Shown: positions 11,470-24,407, counted from the stretch's first letter. The stretch is 64,000 nt of DNA from Octopus bimaculoides (GCF_001194135.2 NC_068998.1:45027607-45091606); one strand, 5' to 3'. The notes: generated by a model from the letters alone, not told the origin. Program-made: numbers and translations.

Positions 11470-11831
11470 TATATATATATATATTACAAATTAAAAGGGT
11501 AAAGGTTTATCAATTTATTAATTTATTAATAAATCAACAATTAATAATTTTTACCAAGCCCTTCGGTATGTAAACACCATTATCGGTGGAGAACTTATTT
11601 AAAAGTTCATATACATTTATAAACATAATTAAGGGATCAGGAAACATTTGCTTCACCACTACCGAAGTTCAGAAATAGCAGCTAAAAAAGCTGAGACTCC
11701 AACAGATAGCATTACTTGTAACTCACAAAGGCAAAAAAGTAATGCTATTTGTTGGAGTCTCAGCTTTTTTAGCTGCTATTTCTGAACTTCGGTAGTGGTG
11801 AAGCAAATGTTTGCTGATCCCTTAATTATGT
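11470..11831 (-). mobile_element. Putative Penelope-like pLTR remnant: hammerhead-like core plus long inverted repeat, set between TA microsatellites
   Basis: Minus strand CCGATAA-T-GGTG TTTACA TACC-GAAG at 11561-11586; inverted repeat at 11623-11831; TA tracts on both sides. Confidence 0.4.
11623..11831. repeat. Long inverted repeat: 95-bp arms, 19-nt loop, 2 mismatches
   Basis: 11623-11717 is the reverse complement of 11737-11831 except one G/C and one G/A difference. Confidence 0.97.
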
Positions 11832-11944
11832 ATATATATCTATATATATATATATATATATATATCACCATCTTGATCTTCACTTGAGCATACATTTTTC
11901 AAGCTACTTGGGTGGGCTGGAGTTTAACATGCAATACAGTTTTA

Positions 11945-12560
11945 TTTTTGCATGTTCATCGTACATCTTTTCATCCATGAAGCACATGACATGAAGCTAA
12001 GATACTATTCATCAACTCTTTTGTCTGCCTCTGCTATTGTTACCTTTCTCTATTCAGTGATAACTTTTCCACTCGGCTGGAATCAACCATTAGAATTTCA
12101 ACCAAACCACTTTAGTAATTTTTCTTGCCTATACTAATTTGTCTGGTGTCCACTCACCCTTTCTCAGTTTTCTTTGGCTTAGTATTTCTCATTGATAAAA
12201 AAAAAAAAACCTGCACATCCAACTGATCACATTCGTTTCATTTCTGTCCAGTCATTCAGGCAGATCATCTGAACTCATAACTCATGATTCACTTCCATAC
12301 AGCATCATACTTCTTAGGCTTGTTTCATTTTGTCTACTATTTGTAAATAGAATGGAACTTTCAGAGTTGTTCCACTTCCATGAATCTCATGTTTTGTTTC
12401 TTCTTTTATACTAAAATAATACTATTCTAATTCTTTACATCAGGTGTGATACCACTTTTTAAATATTTGTTTGGATAATTTCAAACCGGCACTTTGCAAA
12501 TATTCTCTTCCATATATCATTGCTTTATTGACGGTTACTATATTTGACTCTGGAATTTTA
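11945..12560 (-). mobile_element. Old RTE LINE C-terminal remnant
   Basis: Frameshifted AGLKLSK..., RSMMLYGSES*VM...LDRNETNVISWMC, LKWFG, EGNNSRGRQK. Confidence 0.6.
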
Positions 12561-12868
12561 AAAGCAGCTCTTTGCATTTAAATACATCACTTTTGGGTTC
12601 TTTATATCCAAGGTTGAATGGAAGAGATATTTTTGTATTAATGTAAGAATTTTAGCCATTTGCTTTGATGTAGCTGTTCTTCACATGTATCTTATTGACA
12701 AAGATATGCCTTTCCTCTTCATGATTCTCTCTTTCTTTCTCTTGTAATTCATACTTTTAATATATCTCAGTGTTCTCTTGTATGATGTTCATCAAAGAGA
12801 CTATCTGATCTGTCTGGAGCTTATATTTTTTTAGAAATCATCAGTTGCCTTACTGTTCTAATTTCTTC

Positions 12869-12893
12869 CTGATGAAGGACTTGTGTCCAGAAC
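12869..12893 (+). ncRNA. Degenerate minimal hammerhead-like core (Penelope pLTR type)
   Basis: CTGATGA-A-GGAC TTGT GTCC-A-GAAC: CUGAUGA box and a 4-bp stem II with tetraloop; GAAA is imperfect. Confidence 0.4.
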
Positions 12894-15671
12894 ACTGGAA
12901 TCTTCTATTCACAATGGCATACCAACTTTGACAAACTTTCCTGCATTCTAATAAATACAGTTTTTCTCATGTTGACCACCATCTATCTCCTTCCTTTCTT
13001 AATGTATTTTTATGCATTTTTATGGCATGTCAGTTGTCAGTATTATTTACAGTTTCCACTGAAAACAATAGAGTTTTTATAATCTTTTTCTTACTGACCA
13101 AAGCAATAGAAATTTCTCAGGTGTCATTTATAATAGTGTTCAAATCTTTTGTCATTATTATTTTCTGAGTGGATTAAAATTCTGACATTCTCTAATAATA
13201 CAGATTCCTTGAAAATACTTTACTTTCTTTTTTTAATATATTTTGCTTTTTGCTAAAGATTTTTCAATGCAAAAGCAAATTATTTCTTTACTTTTTTTCA
13301 GTCTGAATTGATTTCATTTTGTAAAGTAAACTGAATTATATCTTAAGTGGGTCTGTATATTTGGGATTAAACACACTGTAGACAGACTAAATTTTTGTAC
13401 CATCTGGTTGCATATATTATCGTATTTGTTTCCAATAAGGAGAGCAAAACTTTTTTTTTTTTTTTTTTGTTAGATATTTTATTGTTAGATCAGTGATATC
13501 TATATGTTCACACTTAAAGGTGTGCGAGCTGTATACACCCACCTGTATTTAGATAAATTATCCTATTAGTTCAAATAGATGCAATGCATATCAGCAGCAA
13601 AAGCTATTATTGAAATTAAGAGCTTCCTACTGTAATTATCAATATGATCCAGATGAAACCTCACACAACTGCCACTCTAGCTTGGCTTCAAGGCAAAAAA
13701 AAAAAAAGATTTAAGTGACTTTCCAAAATTGAAATTCATAAAGCTCACAAAGAGACTGAAATCTGCACATACAGCCTCAAATGATAGTGTATATGATATA
13801 TTAGAAAATTGAGCAATCAACTGATAGAGTATATTATGTGTTTGCAAACTGACAATGAATAATTCCTAACCACTTTGTTCCATTGGAGTACAACACTACA
13901 ACCCTATCCATTCCATACTTGTGATTCCTCTCAGAATCAAAGGAAGCTCTTAAATTTAGGAAAAGATATAATTTGTGAACAAAGTTTAATTCTTTTCTCC
14001 ATTTTGTTTCCCTGAAGCTTTAGATACCACTACTTAACATTTACAAATAGAATTAAATTTTTGTTATCTTTATATATCTAATACTTTATTTAATTCTGTA
14101 TCATTTTTTATACATGCCTCTTACATTATATAATTTTGTATCTCTCCATGGACTGTGATTATTGATTTATTTTATAATTTTGGGATGATAGGTATTCTAT
14201 CAATATGACAATGTACAAAATGCTTATATACTTAATCTTTTCATATTTATACAACAGGCCCATGTCATTTGTATAATTTGTTTGAATATTTTTGATAAGA
14301 AGAGAATTACTACTTCCAAGATGTTTGATTTAAGTATCATTTTTAGTTTTGGATGCTAAAATTTTAAATTTAACTACCTGAAACCTGGAGCTAAGTTGCA
14401 TGTATTTTGAAATGAATTAGTCTATTGTATGTTGTTTCTGTAGCATTCACATTTAATTCTATATTACATTAGTTTATGAAACTGGAAAATCTGTACCATT
14501 CTTTCTCTCTTTTCCTATCTTTTTATGGTCAGGAAACTAACCTGTGATAGGTACCAACATATTCTATCAAGTAGATAAATTATTTGCATTTCATAAATTT
14601 CCAGACTTGGATACTAGGTAATATTCTTCTGTTCTGACAAAGTTAAATGCTACAGGCTAATATTGAGTAGAGAGGACGGGGTCTGTCTCTTATCTCCTTA
14701 ATGCTGCAGAAACCTTAGTGAATCACTGCTTTTTGAATCTTTGTGGTTCTTCAAAAGACTGATTAACTAACCACCTGAATTAAGCACCCCGCTTACAAAG
14801 AATTATAAGCTTGGCTCTTAAAAGTAACAATCTTATCTGAATAATTTCTGCTTTTAGATCTAAGAACATTGTTCCTATCATCTCTTGATTAGTTTATCCA
14901 CTTCTGTTATGTATCAGTGGTACTGACTTGGTTGACCCCAGTAAGCACTGATATCAAATTTTGTTGTGATTGCTTTTGTATAACATGTCATCTTCATAAG
15001 ATTTGTTATATAATAAATTTGTTGCTTATGAAGGTCAGTTAGTATTGGAAACATCATATTCTACCAGATGATCACATTAAGCAATATTTGACTTAACTTG
15101 AAAGTGTTGGTGACCAATTACAGTATCAATCTGGTTAGTATTATGTAAAAACAGTAATACAATCTAATCTGCCAATTTAGAATAGCAATACTTTTCCTTA
15201 CATCATGCATTAGATGAATTTGTAGTTTGTAATTTATCTTCTAAACTAATATTTCAAACGTTACCCAATTTTAAACAACACAGTCAATAAGATTAATCCA
15301 ATCAAATAATAAACTCTACTTCAATATTTCATCAATTTCACTTTTTAAATAATTGCTGACATCATCATTGTCATCGTCGTTATTATTATTATTATTATTA
15401 TTATTATCCTCTTCTTTCAATATTGTTTCCATTTCTTGCTGAGTGTCTTCCCAACACCTAGAGCAGTGAAACTCACTGTATACGTTGGCAGGCCATTAAA
15501 GCATGCCAGATTGTTCATTTACAAAGTTATGCGGTAGAAATAGAGGGGAGTAAAAAATATGAAAAGCAAAAAACAAAAAATACAAGGGAAAAAGGAAAGA
15601 AAATTCACAGTGCCAATGCTCTTCTCAATACGTGTGACGTCCCAGTTAAGACAATTATTATGATTATTACT

Positions 15672-15892
15672 AAAGGCAGTGACTTAGCAGAATTGTTAAT
15701 AAGTCAGACAAAATGTCCAGCAGCATTTCTTCAGGCTCTTTACATTCTGAACTCAAATTCTTCCAAGTTCGACATTGTCTTTCATCCTTTCAGGGTTAAA
15801 TAAAATTAAGAACCAATCAAGTACTGGGCTCAATGTAATCAACATGCCCTCACCCACTAAAATTGCTGGCCTTGTACCAAAATTTGAAACCA
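15672..15892 (+). mobile_element. Old SINE family A copy
   Basis: GGCAGTGACTTAGCAGAATTGTT...GCTGGCCTTGTACCAAAATTTGAAACCA. Confidence 0.8.
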
Positions 15893-15920
15893 CGACTTTT
15901 ATTATTATTATTATTATTAT

Positions 15921-16145
15921 TAAGGTGGCAAGCTGTCAGAGTCATTAGCACACTGGACAAAATGCTTAGCGGTATTTCGTCTCTCACAACATTCTGAGTT
16001 CAAATTCCACCCAGGTCGACTTTGCCTTTCCTCCTTTTGGGGTCAATAAATTAAGTACCAGTTGAGTACTGAGGTCAGTGTGATCGATTGTCCTCCTCCC
16101 CACAAAGATCCAGGCCTTGTGATTATATTAGAAAGGATTATTATT
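15921..16145 (+). mobile_element. SINE family A copy, tandem with the previous one across an (ATT)n tract
   Basis: AAGGTGGCAAGCTGTCAGAGTCATTAGC...GAGTTCAAATTCC...CAGGCCTTGTG...AGAAAGGATTATT. Confidence 0.85.
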
Positions 16146-16859
16146 ACTATTATCCCCATTTTCTTAACTTTTTCTATTTATTAAGATTTTTGTAGGGCAG
16201 ATAAATTTTGCATACAGATTTGTATCTTACATCATCTCATCTTTAAGAATAAACATTCTACCTTTTAATTTCTTTGCTTAGTCTTATTTGGTTTATTTCT
16301 ACGACTAGTAGCATCATTCAAAACACTTCTTTTCACCAAAAATACACATAATTTCTCATAAATGGTGTATGCATAATATTTGTGGTCGAACTTTACTGGA
16401 TCATGAAAGGAATATCTCCTAAAATGTAATGTTACATGGCATGCACACCAAAATTCAACTTTCTCATTTCTGTTTCAAATGCATCAACAGCATCAATATT
16501 CACACTTGAAACAGCATTAGATTAACCTTTTTTTTTTTTTTTTTTGGCTGAAAGCAGATATATTCACTCAAAATTTCATTACCATTAACTGTGAAAAGCT
16601 GTTTTATTTACCAATTTCTCTTTTGTTGAGAAATGTTTAAAACCATTTTCTGTTCAAATATGTCAAACTTATTGAGATAACATAAGTTAGAGAAAATACC
16701 AATTTTTTCTGGTTTTTTTTTTTTTTTGTAGATATTTTACATCATTACTGAAATAACCATGAAATTGAATTTCACAGTGAATGGGTTAAAATAACAATGT
16801 ATATATCATCATCATCACCATCACCATCATTTAACGTTTTTCTTTCATACTAGCATGGT

Positions 16860-17110
16860 TTGAACATAATGTATATGAAAACATATTGATTTAATTTTAT
16901 CCTGCCTAAGCATTTATAAAAATCAGTGAAAGCTTTCTTTACCAATTCTATGTGAGAATGAACGTTTTGACATAACTCAGAACGTCTGCGAGTGTTTATC
17001 ACTGAAGAGACCAAATTATATTGAAACATTGTATCTGATGATCTACTGCTGATATTGTGTATCTGTATCTTTTTTAACAAGTATATTTTTAAACAGTAAG
17101 GGGTGTTTCT
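16860..17110 (-). mobile_element. Degenerate RTE LINE fragment
   Basis: FQYNLVSSVINTRRRSELCQNVHSHIELVKKAFTDFYKCL resembles RTE FxYLGS.I...G.C..E...RI..AK.AF..L. Confidence 0.45.
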
Positions 17111-17469
17111 CTGAGACAAAATATTACAGCTAGTGCCGTTCTGCATTTGTATGTACATTATAAATGTTATACATAGTTAATTTAATCTGATGCTGTTTTA
17201 AGTATCTATACATATCTCTAATGCTCTTTGTTTTGTACTCTCAAGTATCTTGTGCATCTAGTACACATATGAGTGCAGCCAAAATGTGCTCTAAGTTGAG
17301 ACATTTGATGCTTAATTATTTTATTGCTCCTTTGTTCTTTCATACTTGTAAGGTCAATGAAATCATGTACCAGTTATGCACTAATCTCACTTTAAACAAT
17401 CAACTAACCCCACCCACTATATACTACCTTGCACCTATGTAATTAATTAATATTTTTTGTAAATTATTG

Positions 17470-17870
17470 TCACATATCTAATGAATATTAATCAGCTTAT
17501 TCTTCAACTACTGATACAAATCTTTGCCTCACATCTACCATATGTTACTATTGTACATTATCATTCATTTTACATGTCTTGTACACAACTAACACTTTGC
17601 ACAAAGAAAACATTTATCATTAATAAACATAACAGTTCTCTAGGCTTCTTTCTCCCTCTTCTTACTTTAGTTTCTATGTTTTCACCAAAACCATCTGCTG
17701 TACTAAACATATCTATAACATATTGGCTATCTACTAAATAACCAGTGAGCCACAATCTCCATATCATGGCTGCTTTTGCTTTTAGAGTTTTGCTTCTTAG
17801 ATTATGTCCAAAGATCCCTCGACCAATTTTGTATAAATAATGCATACAATACATACAGAAATTTATACTT
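17470..17870 (-). mobile_element. Degenerate RTE LINE fragment
   Basis: YVIDMFSTADGFGENIETKVRRGRKKPRELLCLL resembles YLGD.IS.GGG...SI..R.R.GW.KFRELLPLL, the same family as 20340-21460. Confidence 0.65.
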
Positions 17871-19913
17871 GTACATATTGTCTGACAAACTGAGGTTAAC
17901 TAAACTCATGTCATTTCAGTTACTTATCTCCATTTGATTTTTCTTGAATTTATCCATTTTTGAGATAAAAACCTTGCTTATTTTGCTTATCTCTCAACCA
18001 GAACAGATAATTTTTAATTTCTTGTGCTGTCACTTTTAACTAGTTTCTATAAGTCATAATGAGTCATTACCTTTAGATATGCAGCTTTATGTGTTTATGT
18101 GCAAGTGTACTTGTACCTTCATACACGTATCCTTTTTCCAATAATAAAAAGGAAATAATGTAAATATGAAGGATAATTGAAGAATATAGACATAAGTCTT
18201 ATAAGGATTAAAATATTCAATTACATTTCAGGAATGAAAATAGCTTAATTCATCATCATTATATTATGTTTACATTAAAGATGAAGGCCTATATTTTTTG
18301 TTTAAATTGATAGGAAATCAAATATGTAATAAGGAAATTTATGAAAGATTAAAAGAAAGTGAAATATGAATCTTAAAAATATTTATCTGTTCAAAATAAA
18401 TAGTCTTAATATCTTTGATTTTCATTTTAGAAATATAAATCCTTTCCGTTAAAAACTTCTATTAATAGCTTCAAAATCTTCCATAAAGATTTGTCACAAG
18501 GATATTTCTTGACTCATAATAGATAACATTTTATGAATGTTTGCTTCTGAAATTTTCCATACAAAAAGGGGCTAAAGAAGAAATATTTTCCCTTGATATC
18601 TGAAATAGACGATTTGTAAACTAAAACAAATGGGAAAAAAATATCTTGAATATATTTTAGAGAGATAAAATTCTTTTAATGAAGTAAAGAAAATTGCAAC
18701 AAATATATTTATGATTAAAGAATGTATTTTAAAAAAAATTATAGCCATATAAGCTTTGATAACTGGAATATTTTATTCAATTTAAACTGGATACTAAAAA
18801 CAGTTATAACTAAAATTATAGCTAAATAGTTATAACTAAGCAAAACAACTATAACTTTGCTCCAATGCTATGGCTCTGATGACTCTTAAGAAATACAAGG
18901 AAGAGCATTTTAGCTTCAATTTGAAACTCTTCTCCACAGTGTATATTAATATGCCTCAATTTCCTATGATTTTGCTTCTTCACAGACTTATCTCTTAGTG
19001 TCCTCAATCTTTCTCTTCTTTCAGTTAAGAATTTTTTATCTCTCTTTTCTAATGGGCATACAAGTGTGTACGTGGGCATTTATGAGTGTGTATACATCCA
19101 TGTCCTTGTTTTTTGCATGTGCAGCTGCATATAGGTATGTCTGCCTGTAAATGAAGGCATTTTGCATGTTTGCTTCACACTAGTAGTGTTAAGCAAACAT
19201 ATAAAATTCAGCTATTCAGCCATTCTTAATTATGAATATTTTGGAACTTCTGATGAACTCTGACTCCATATCTCTTCAGCTTCTTTTCCTTATGTCTCTT
19301 TCTCAATACTTTAAGAAATTTCTTTAAATGCATTTTACTTAAATAGCTTTCTAGGTACAATGAAATTTCCCCCTTGTCTCCTGCTCTATCTGCTTACTGT
19401 TTCGTCCTTTTTTTTCACTTTACTTGAAGATCCTTGAGATAAGAGTTCTTTCTACCTTCACCACTGATGCCAGACTTCTGACTCCTGTCAAACAAAGAGC
19501 ACAAATTAATATATTTTTTCTTGAGTTTTGAACTTGACAAACTTTATGAATTCTCCTATGGACAAATAGCTGCTGATGCACACCATCACCTGTTGCCTCA
19601 GTTTCTAAATTTTACCATGTCAATACTTCGCTTCTATCTTCCTTAATGCCATCTTACAGTCATAAACTTTTTCCATCTTTACCCAGAACCAGAGAAGAAC
19701 AGTTTTCACCACAAATTATTGACTGCACTATCAATATTTATGAGGACATATTGGTTGATCCCAGACTTCAAAAAGAAACTGAAAAAAAAAAAACATTTGT
19801 TTCACTGGATCTAAAACTAAATTTGAAATAACATTACCATTTCTTAATATTTAATAGAAAGTGTAGTTCTTGGCTAAGTCAATAATGTACTAAATAACAT
19901 AGCAAGGAGTTAC

Positions 19914-20001
19914 CAGTACATATCCTCGTACTGCAGTGTGTCTGTAGTCAGGAGACTTAGCTTCTTATGGTTGTGTCCACGTTGTACTAAGAAGGAAACC
20001 G
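19914..20001 (-). CDS. Candidate internal exon, 88 nt, phase 1 to 2 (xVSFLVQRGHNHKKLSLLTTDTLQYEDMY)
   Basis: Acceptor TTTAATTCAG, donor CTG|GTAACT, a single open frame, GC above background; no homology recognised. Confidence 0.3.
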
Positions 20002-20339
20002 CTGAATTAAATATTTCATTGCTTTACTGTACTGAGTTTAGTTATGTGATGGGGAAAGCTACCATTGATAAAAATTTATCTCATTTGCTACAGAACTACA
20101 GAAAGTGGAGATAGGCATATAATTCAGAAAGGGATTAGCTTTGCATTAATACTCTGCTTATGCAATTGAATTGTAATCAAGCTACACTCGCGCTTCAAAT
20201 GTATTTTTCTGTTGTCATCGTTAACATAACAATTATGACAACTATGATGATCATTATTATCCACTTCATCAAAGTAGCTCTGTCACACACACAGACACAC
20301 ACACACACACATACACACATGCATACATACGTACTTACA

Positions 20340-20426
20340 TACCGTGCTGGCATGTGTTTTACAAGTTGTTGTTCAAGTCAGTTTTCCTTAAGTGCTAGGC
20401 ACTTCTTTACACAGCTCTCATCCTCC

Positions 20427-20472
<46 letters not shown>

Positions 20473-21460
20473 GTATCGTGCCTGTGTCCATACCAGTGTA
20501 CCTGTATGAATGCAATCAGCTCTCTTGCACATTACACCTGATTCCTCTTGTATCCAGTTTTCCTCTCAGCCCATTTGCATGCTGTCATTCATGCATATTA
20601 ATTCTTAACTTCGTATAAGACCGGTTCCCCATGAGACTGCATCATTCAGCCAGTCCTTCAGGTTTGTGTCTCACTACTATGCAGTGTCACTCTCTGTACA
20701 CAAGCATTAGACAATCTATCCTTGACTCTGGGTGAGAAACTCTTTATTACCAGCAGAAGTAATAACCCTTTGAACTTTCTCCAGCTAGTTCTTACTTTGG
20801 CTTCTATGCTTTTCGTACATACACCACCACAACTAATAAGGTTACCTAGGTGACACAAACAATTAACTTCTTCTTATGAGCCTTGTCCTTCATGTGTAAT
20901 CTTTCTATGATCTGCTGCTGCATATTTGCTACATACAATTTCTACCTTATTTGTTAGTCTTCCTGTGATTCATCCATACCACTTATGTGTCTATAGTTTT
21001 CACAGAGCACACTATACAGAATTTCTGCCTACTTCTTTCCTATGTATTAAACATGGATATTTCCTTGATGTAAACATAGTCTTTTTTTTTTCTGACTTAC
21101 TAAAACTTAATTCAGTTTAATGTAAAGCCTTTTGTCTCTAGGTTTTGCTTTCAGGTTTAGAATATGTTTTCTAAAATCTTCTAAAGACTCAGCTATAAGA
21201 CCCAGTTCATCAGCATGTAGTTGTTCCTACTGATTGCTGTTCATAACCTCCTCTTTTATGGCTTGTAGGTCTAAAATAAACAGGAATGGGTTGAAAACAG
21301 ACTCCAGTTAAACCTAGATGCTAAATTTGTCATTAAACTCATAGCTAACATTCACTTTTACCTTGCTGACTAGGCTTCTGTACATTGGAAAACTGTACTC
21401 TACATGGATCTTGTAAGCTATTTATCTACTCTTTTTTTTTTTTAAAGACCTCTACATTAC
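20340..21460 (-). mobile_element. RTE LINE remnant: RT core, PHD-like Cys finger and C-terminus, interrupted by a TA/TATG microsatellite
   Basis: VDK..TRSM...NPFLFILDLQAIKEE...LHADELGLIAESL (degenerate YADD), KYPCLIHRKEVGRNSV*CAL*KL*THK, CHLGNLISCGGVCTKSIEAKVRTSWRKFKGLLLLL...NACVQRVTLHSSET. Confidence 0.88.
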
Positions 21461-22268
21461 AGAACATGAATAATGGTAAATTATAAAATACAAGGATCTA
21501 TTGTGCATTTACATTGGAAACAAGTAATCCAATGGGAAAGAAAATTAATTAAATTGAATGTAACATCAATATATCTTCATGTGAGGAAGAGGGAAAAAAT
21601 ATTACATTCTGGGCATTGAGATTTTATCAAAATGAAGAAGAGAAATGATAAGTAAAAGTCCATTTGTTATCAAGAGTCACAGTAATAATGGATGAAGGAA
21701 GTAAGTATATATGTGGTTTCTGAGTTGAAGAGAGTGGAGATGGATGGTAGTGGGTGAGGCAGAAATGCTGATCATGCACGAAAAGAAAAAGGAAACAGAT
21801 ATCCATGCTTAGCAGATTGAATTTGACCAATATGACTGAGGAAGGAGTACAGGTGTTTTCAGCATAGCAATGTTTTAGTCTGAACTGACAGCAAATAAAT
21901 TGTTAATAGAGTGAAGGAGGAATGTGGAAGACATAACCAAATTCTGGATTACATGTGTGCTGATTCTGTGAGGAATGGAGGAAAGTTCCATCAGGGCATA
22001 CTCTGGTGTGTTATGATTTCATTATAGTTGATCAGGGGGCTGGGAGGCCATAATCCTACAACTTTTCCAAAAACATTCTCCCACCAGACAGCAGCAAAAT
22101 CTTTATTAGCTCTAAGAACACTTTTACATTCACCAGCAATACCAAGTATAAGAAAGAACATATGTAACATAGAGTCATTTTTCTGTGATTCTAACTAGAC
22201 ACAAACAATTACTGTTCACTTCCAAAGAAGGAAAAAGATTGATAGTGGTAAGAGAGGAGATGGTTTAC

Positions 22269-22297
22269 AATCATCAATCATCTGTTTTCTGAGATGT
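22269..22297 (-). CDS. Candidate 29-nt exon, phase 2 to 1 (xHLRKQMIDD)
   Basis: Acceptor CTCTGTTCTTTTCCTGACGTAG, donor GTAAAC; bridges the phases of the 23528 and 19914 candidates. Confidence 0.2.
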
Positions 22298-22604
22298 CTA
22301 CGTCAGGAAAAGAACAGAGATCTTATCCAGTTGTGGGATTTGAAGTCATTAAATGCTTTTTAGTAATGTGATTTCTTTTTATGTAGACTTTTTTTTAGAT
22401 ATGTAGCTGGATATTGTAAGGTTTTACATCTTTTCTTCTTCTTGAAAATCAGGCAGCTACATCATATTAGTGATAGAAGACATATTGTAATGTTTTATTA
22501 GTCTAATCTCTGTAGTTTGATGATGTTATAGTAGAATGCTTGGAATTTTGATGTTGCTAATTGGTTTCAGAAATGCTTTCTTATTGGATATTGTTGAGTG
22601 ATTC

Positions 22605-22825
22605 TATGAGGGGTTGCTGAAAAGTTCCTTGCTTTACTGGTACTGTGAAAGGCCTTGTTGGAAGCCCAACCTTTCAATTTCTTTTATAGGGATTAGAAAA
22701 TCTGAAGGACCACTGCAATAAGTACATGAATCTGAGAGAGGAATATATTGAATAGAATCATAACTAAATGATCCTCCCATATTGTCTTTTACCCAGGGCC
22801 AGGAACTTTTCAGCATCACCTCATA
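22605..22825. mobile_element. Mariner-derived MITE, 221 bp, TA ends
   Basis: TIRs TATGAGGGGTTGCTGAAAAGTTCC and GGAACTTTTCAGCATCACCTCATA; interior GLENLKDHCNKYMNLREEYIE* is a mariner transposase C-terminus; sister copy at 38562. Confidence 0.9.
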
Positions 22826-23527
22826 TGATTCAGAACTAGCTGATTGATAATATTGTTTGATTAGTATACTGTGTGGCTACACTGTTTTTATTGTGAGCAT
22901 GCATCTCAACATACAATTTAACACTTTAAATATGTGATCTTAGTTTTAAAGACAATAAAGAGTGTAATGTAATTGTAAAGGCTTCTTCTTTGGTTTTAAA
23001 ATTTAGATTGAAAATGTAGGATTGTCATACATTTACTTCTTAATTTCTTGATTTATTTTAAAAATCAATTATATCTTTAGCGTATAAAATCAAAGCTTAA
23101 GGTTATCTGGTTATCATTGCAAAAAGTTATTTCAGTTACATTGTCAGGTTTTAATTTCATTACATTATTAAATATGTTTATTGTATTGCCAAAGTTAGTG
23201 ATTTGGAAGGTGGGAGTGTTTCTAAATATGATGCAAATATCTTAGCTCAAATACTTCCAGTGTGTTTTGGTTTATTCATGGTTACTTTGCATCCAATTGT
23301 TCCTATCATTTATGTGTGAATATTCTGAAATTTTAATGGAGGAGGTAGGTTGGAAGATGCAGAAGAATTGTTTTCTAAGTTAAGAACATGATTTAAAAAC
23401 CAGTTCTCTACACAAATTTAAATCTAATATCAATGATACATAAGGGGTTTTAGAAAACATACTAACAGGAAAGAACCTCTTTTAGGGACTCATGGTGCAT
23501 ATAAGCACTCATATTTATATCACTGAC

Positions 23528-23615
23528 ATATAAGAATCATCTGCTACAGCTGCAGGAACTGTCAGATCATGTGCTTTGCCCTGTTTTGGACTCCTCAGTG
23601 ACAGATGTCCGGTAG
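23528..23615 (-). CDS. Candidate internal exon, 88 nt, phase 1 to 2 (ATGHLSLRSPKQGKAHDLTVPAAVADDSY)
   Basis: Acceptor CTTTCCTGTTAG, donor GTCAGT, GC-rich open frame; phase matches the donor at 24873. Confidence 0.33.
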
Positions 23616-24000
23616 CTAACAGGAAAGCTGCACATAAACAATCCGATTTTCTTTCAATTACAAAATGTTGTCCTTTTAATTGCAAAAAAATCATTCTTTT
23701 TATGTAGTTTTTGAAGTTTACTTTCATTTTAACTACATTTTAAATACATTGTGTGTCTGATTTTAACTAAGGAAATTCTTAAATTCGTAACAATTATATT
23801 ATTATGAGGTGATCACTTGTTCACTTATAATAGTTGCTGAATTACTTTGTCAGTGACATCTGTTAAAAGATAATCAAGGTGAATCTAAAACTTAGAAGAT
23901 AACACGATACATAAATTATTCAACTTCCAGACATCTTGATAAGATATCACAAAAGCTGTGAAAAGAAAGTAAATAATTTTTAAAAATTCTCTATTATAAG

Positions 24001-24135
24001 TGCAGACATAATTGTGTCATTAAGAAAGTTGCTTCACATCCACATGGTTTCAAACTCAATCCTACTCTGCTGTTCCTTAGATAATTATCTTCTTCAATAG
24101 CCTCAGACTGACCGATGCCTTGAGAGTAAACTTGC
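24001..24135 (+). mobile_element. Degenerate SINE family B head, truncated at a mariner remnant
   Basis: GTGCAGACATAATTGTGTC..AAGAAAGTTGCTTC..CACATGGTTTC...AATAGCCTCAGACTGACCGATGCCTTG. Confidence 0.55.
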
Positions 24136-24407
24136 TCAATGTCTCTGTAACAGACTTCTCAAGTTTAACACAAAATTTCGTTTGACTCTTTGTCCCAACT
24201 TCCTGCCCATGAAAAAAATTGCTGACTACAGCATACATGTGATCACAAAAACACAAATTTCACAACTTGTGAAGTAAACACAGTAATGTCACTCAGCACA
24301 CTGCCTCATGAAGGTCACTGCTAGCTCTCACCGTGCACGCAACCATGTGCTACCATCTATTGCTGTACTACAGAACTAGTCTGGGAACTTTTTGATATCA
24401 CATCATA
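24120..24407 (-). mobile_element. Mariner 5' end: TIR plus transposase N-terminus
   Basis: TATGATGTGATATCAAAAAGTTCCCAGACT TIR; frameshifted QRV..KFCVKLEKSVTETLSK matches mariner EQRxxIKFCVKLGKSxTET. Confidence 0.8.

Noticed and set aside
16260-16520. Minus-strand open frames VNIDAVDAFETEMRKLNFG and RYSFHDPVKFDHKYYAYTIYEKLCVFLVKR as exons
   Set aside because: The implied intron would be 30 nt or less; the pattern is at least as consistent with a decayed mariner HTH (S..DDPRSGRP).
18849-19450. 76-aa minus ORF and a DKGGNFIV-like Penelope RT motif
   Set aside because: The motif needs a frameshift and no downstream RT motifs were found; the ORF has no phase-compatible splice sites.
22030-22070. 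LWPPSP, resembling Tc1 WPPSSPDLNP
   Set aside because: An isolated 5-residue match.
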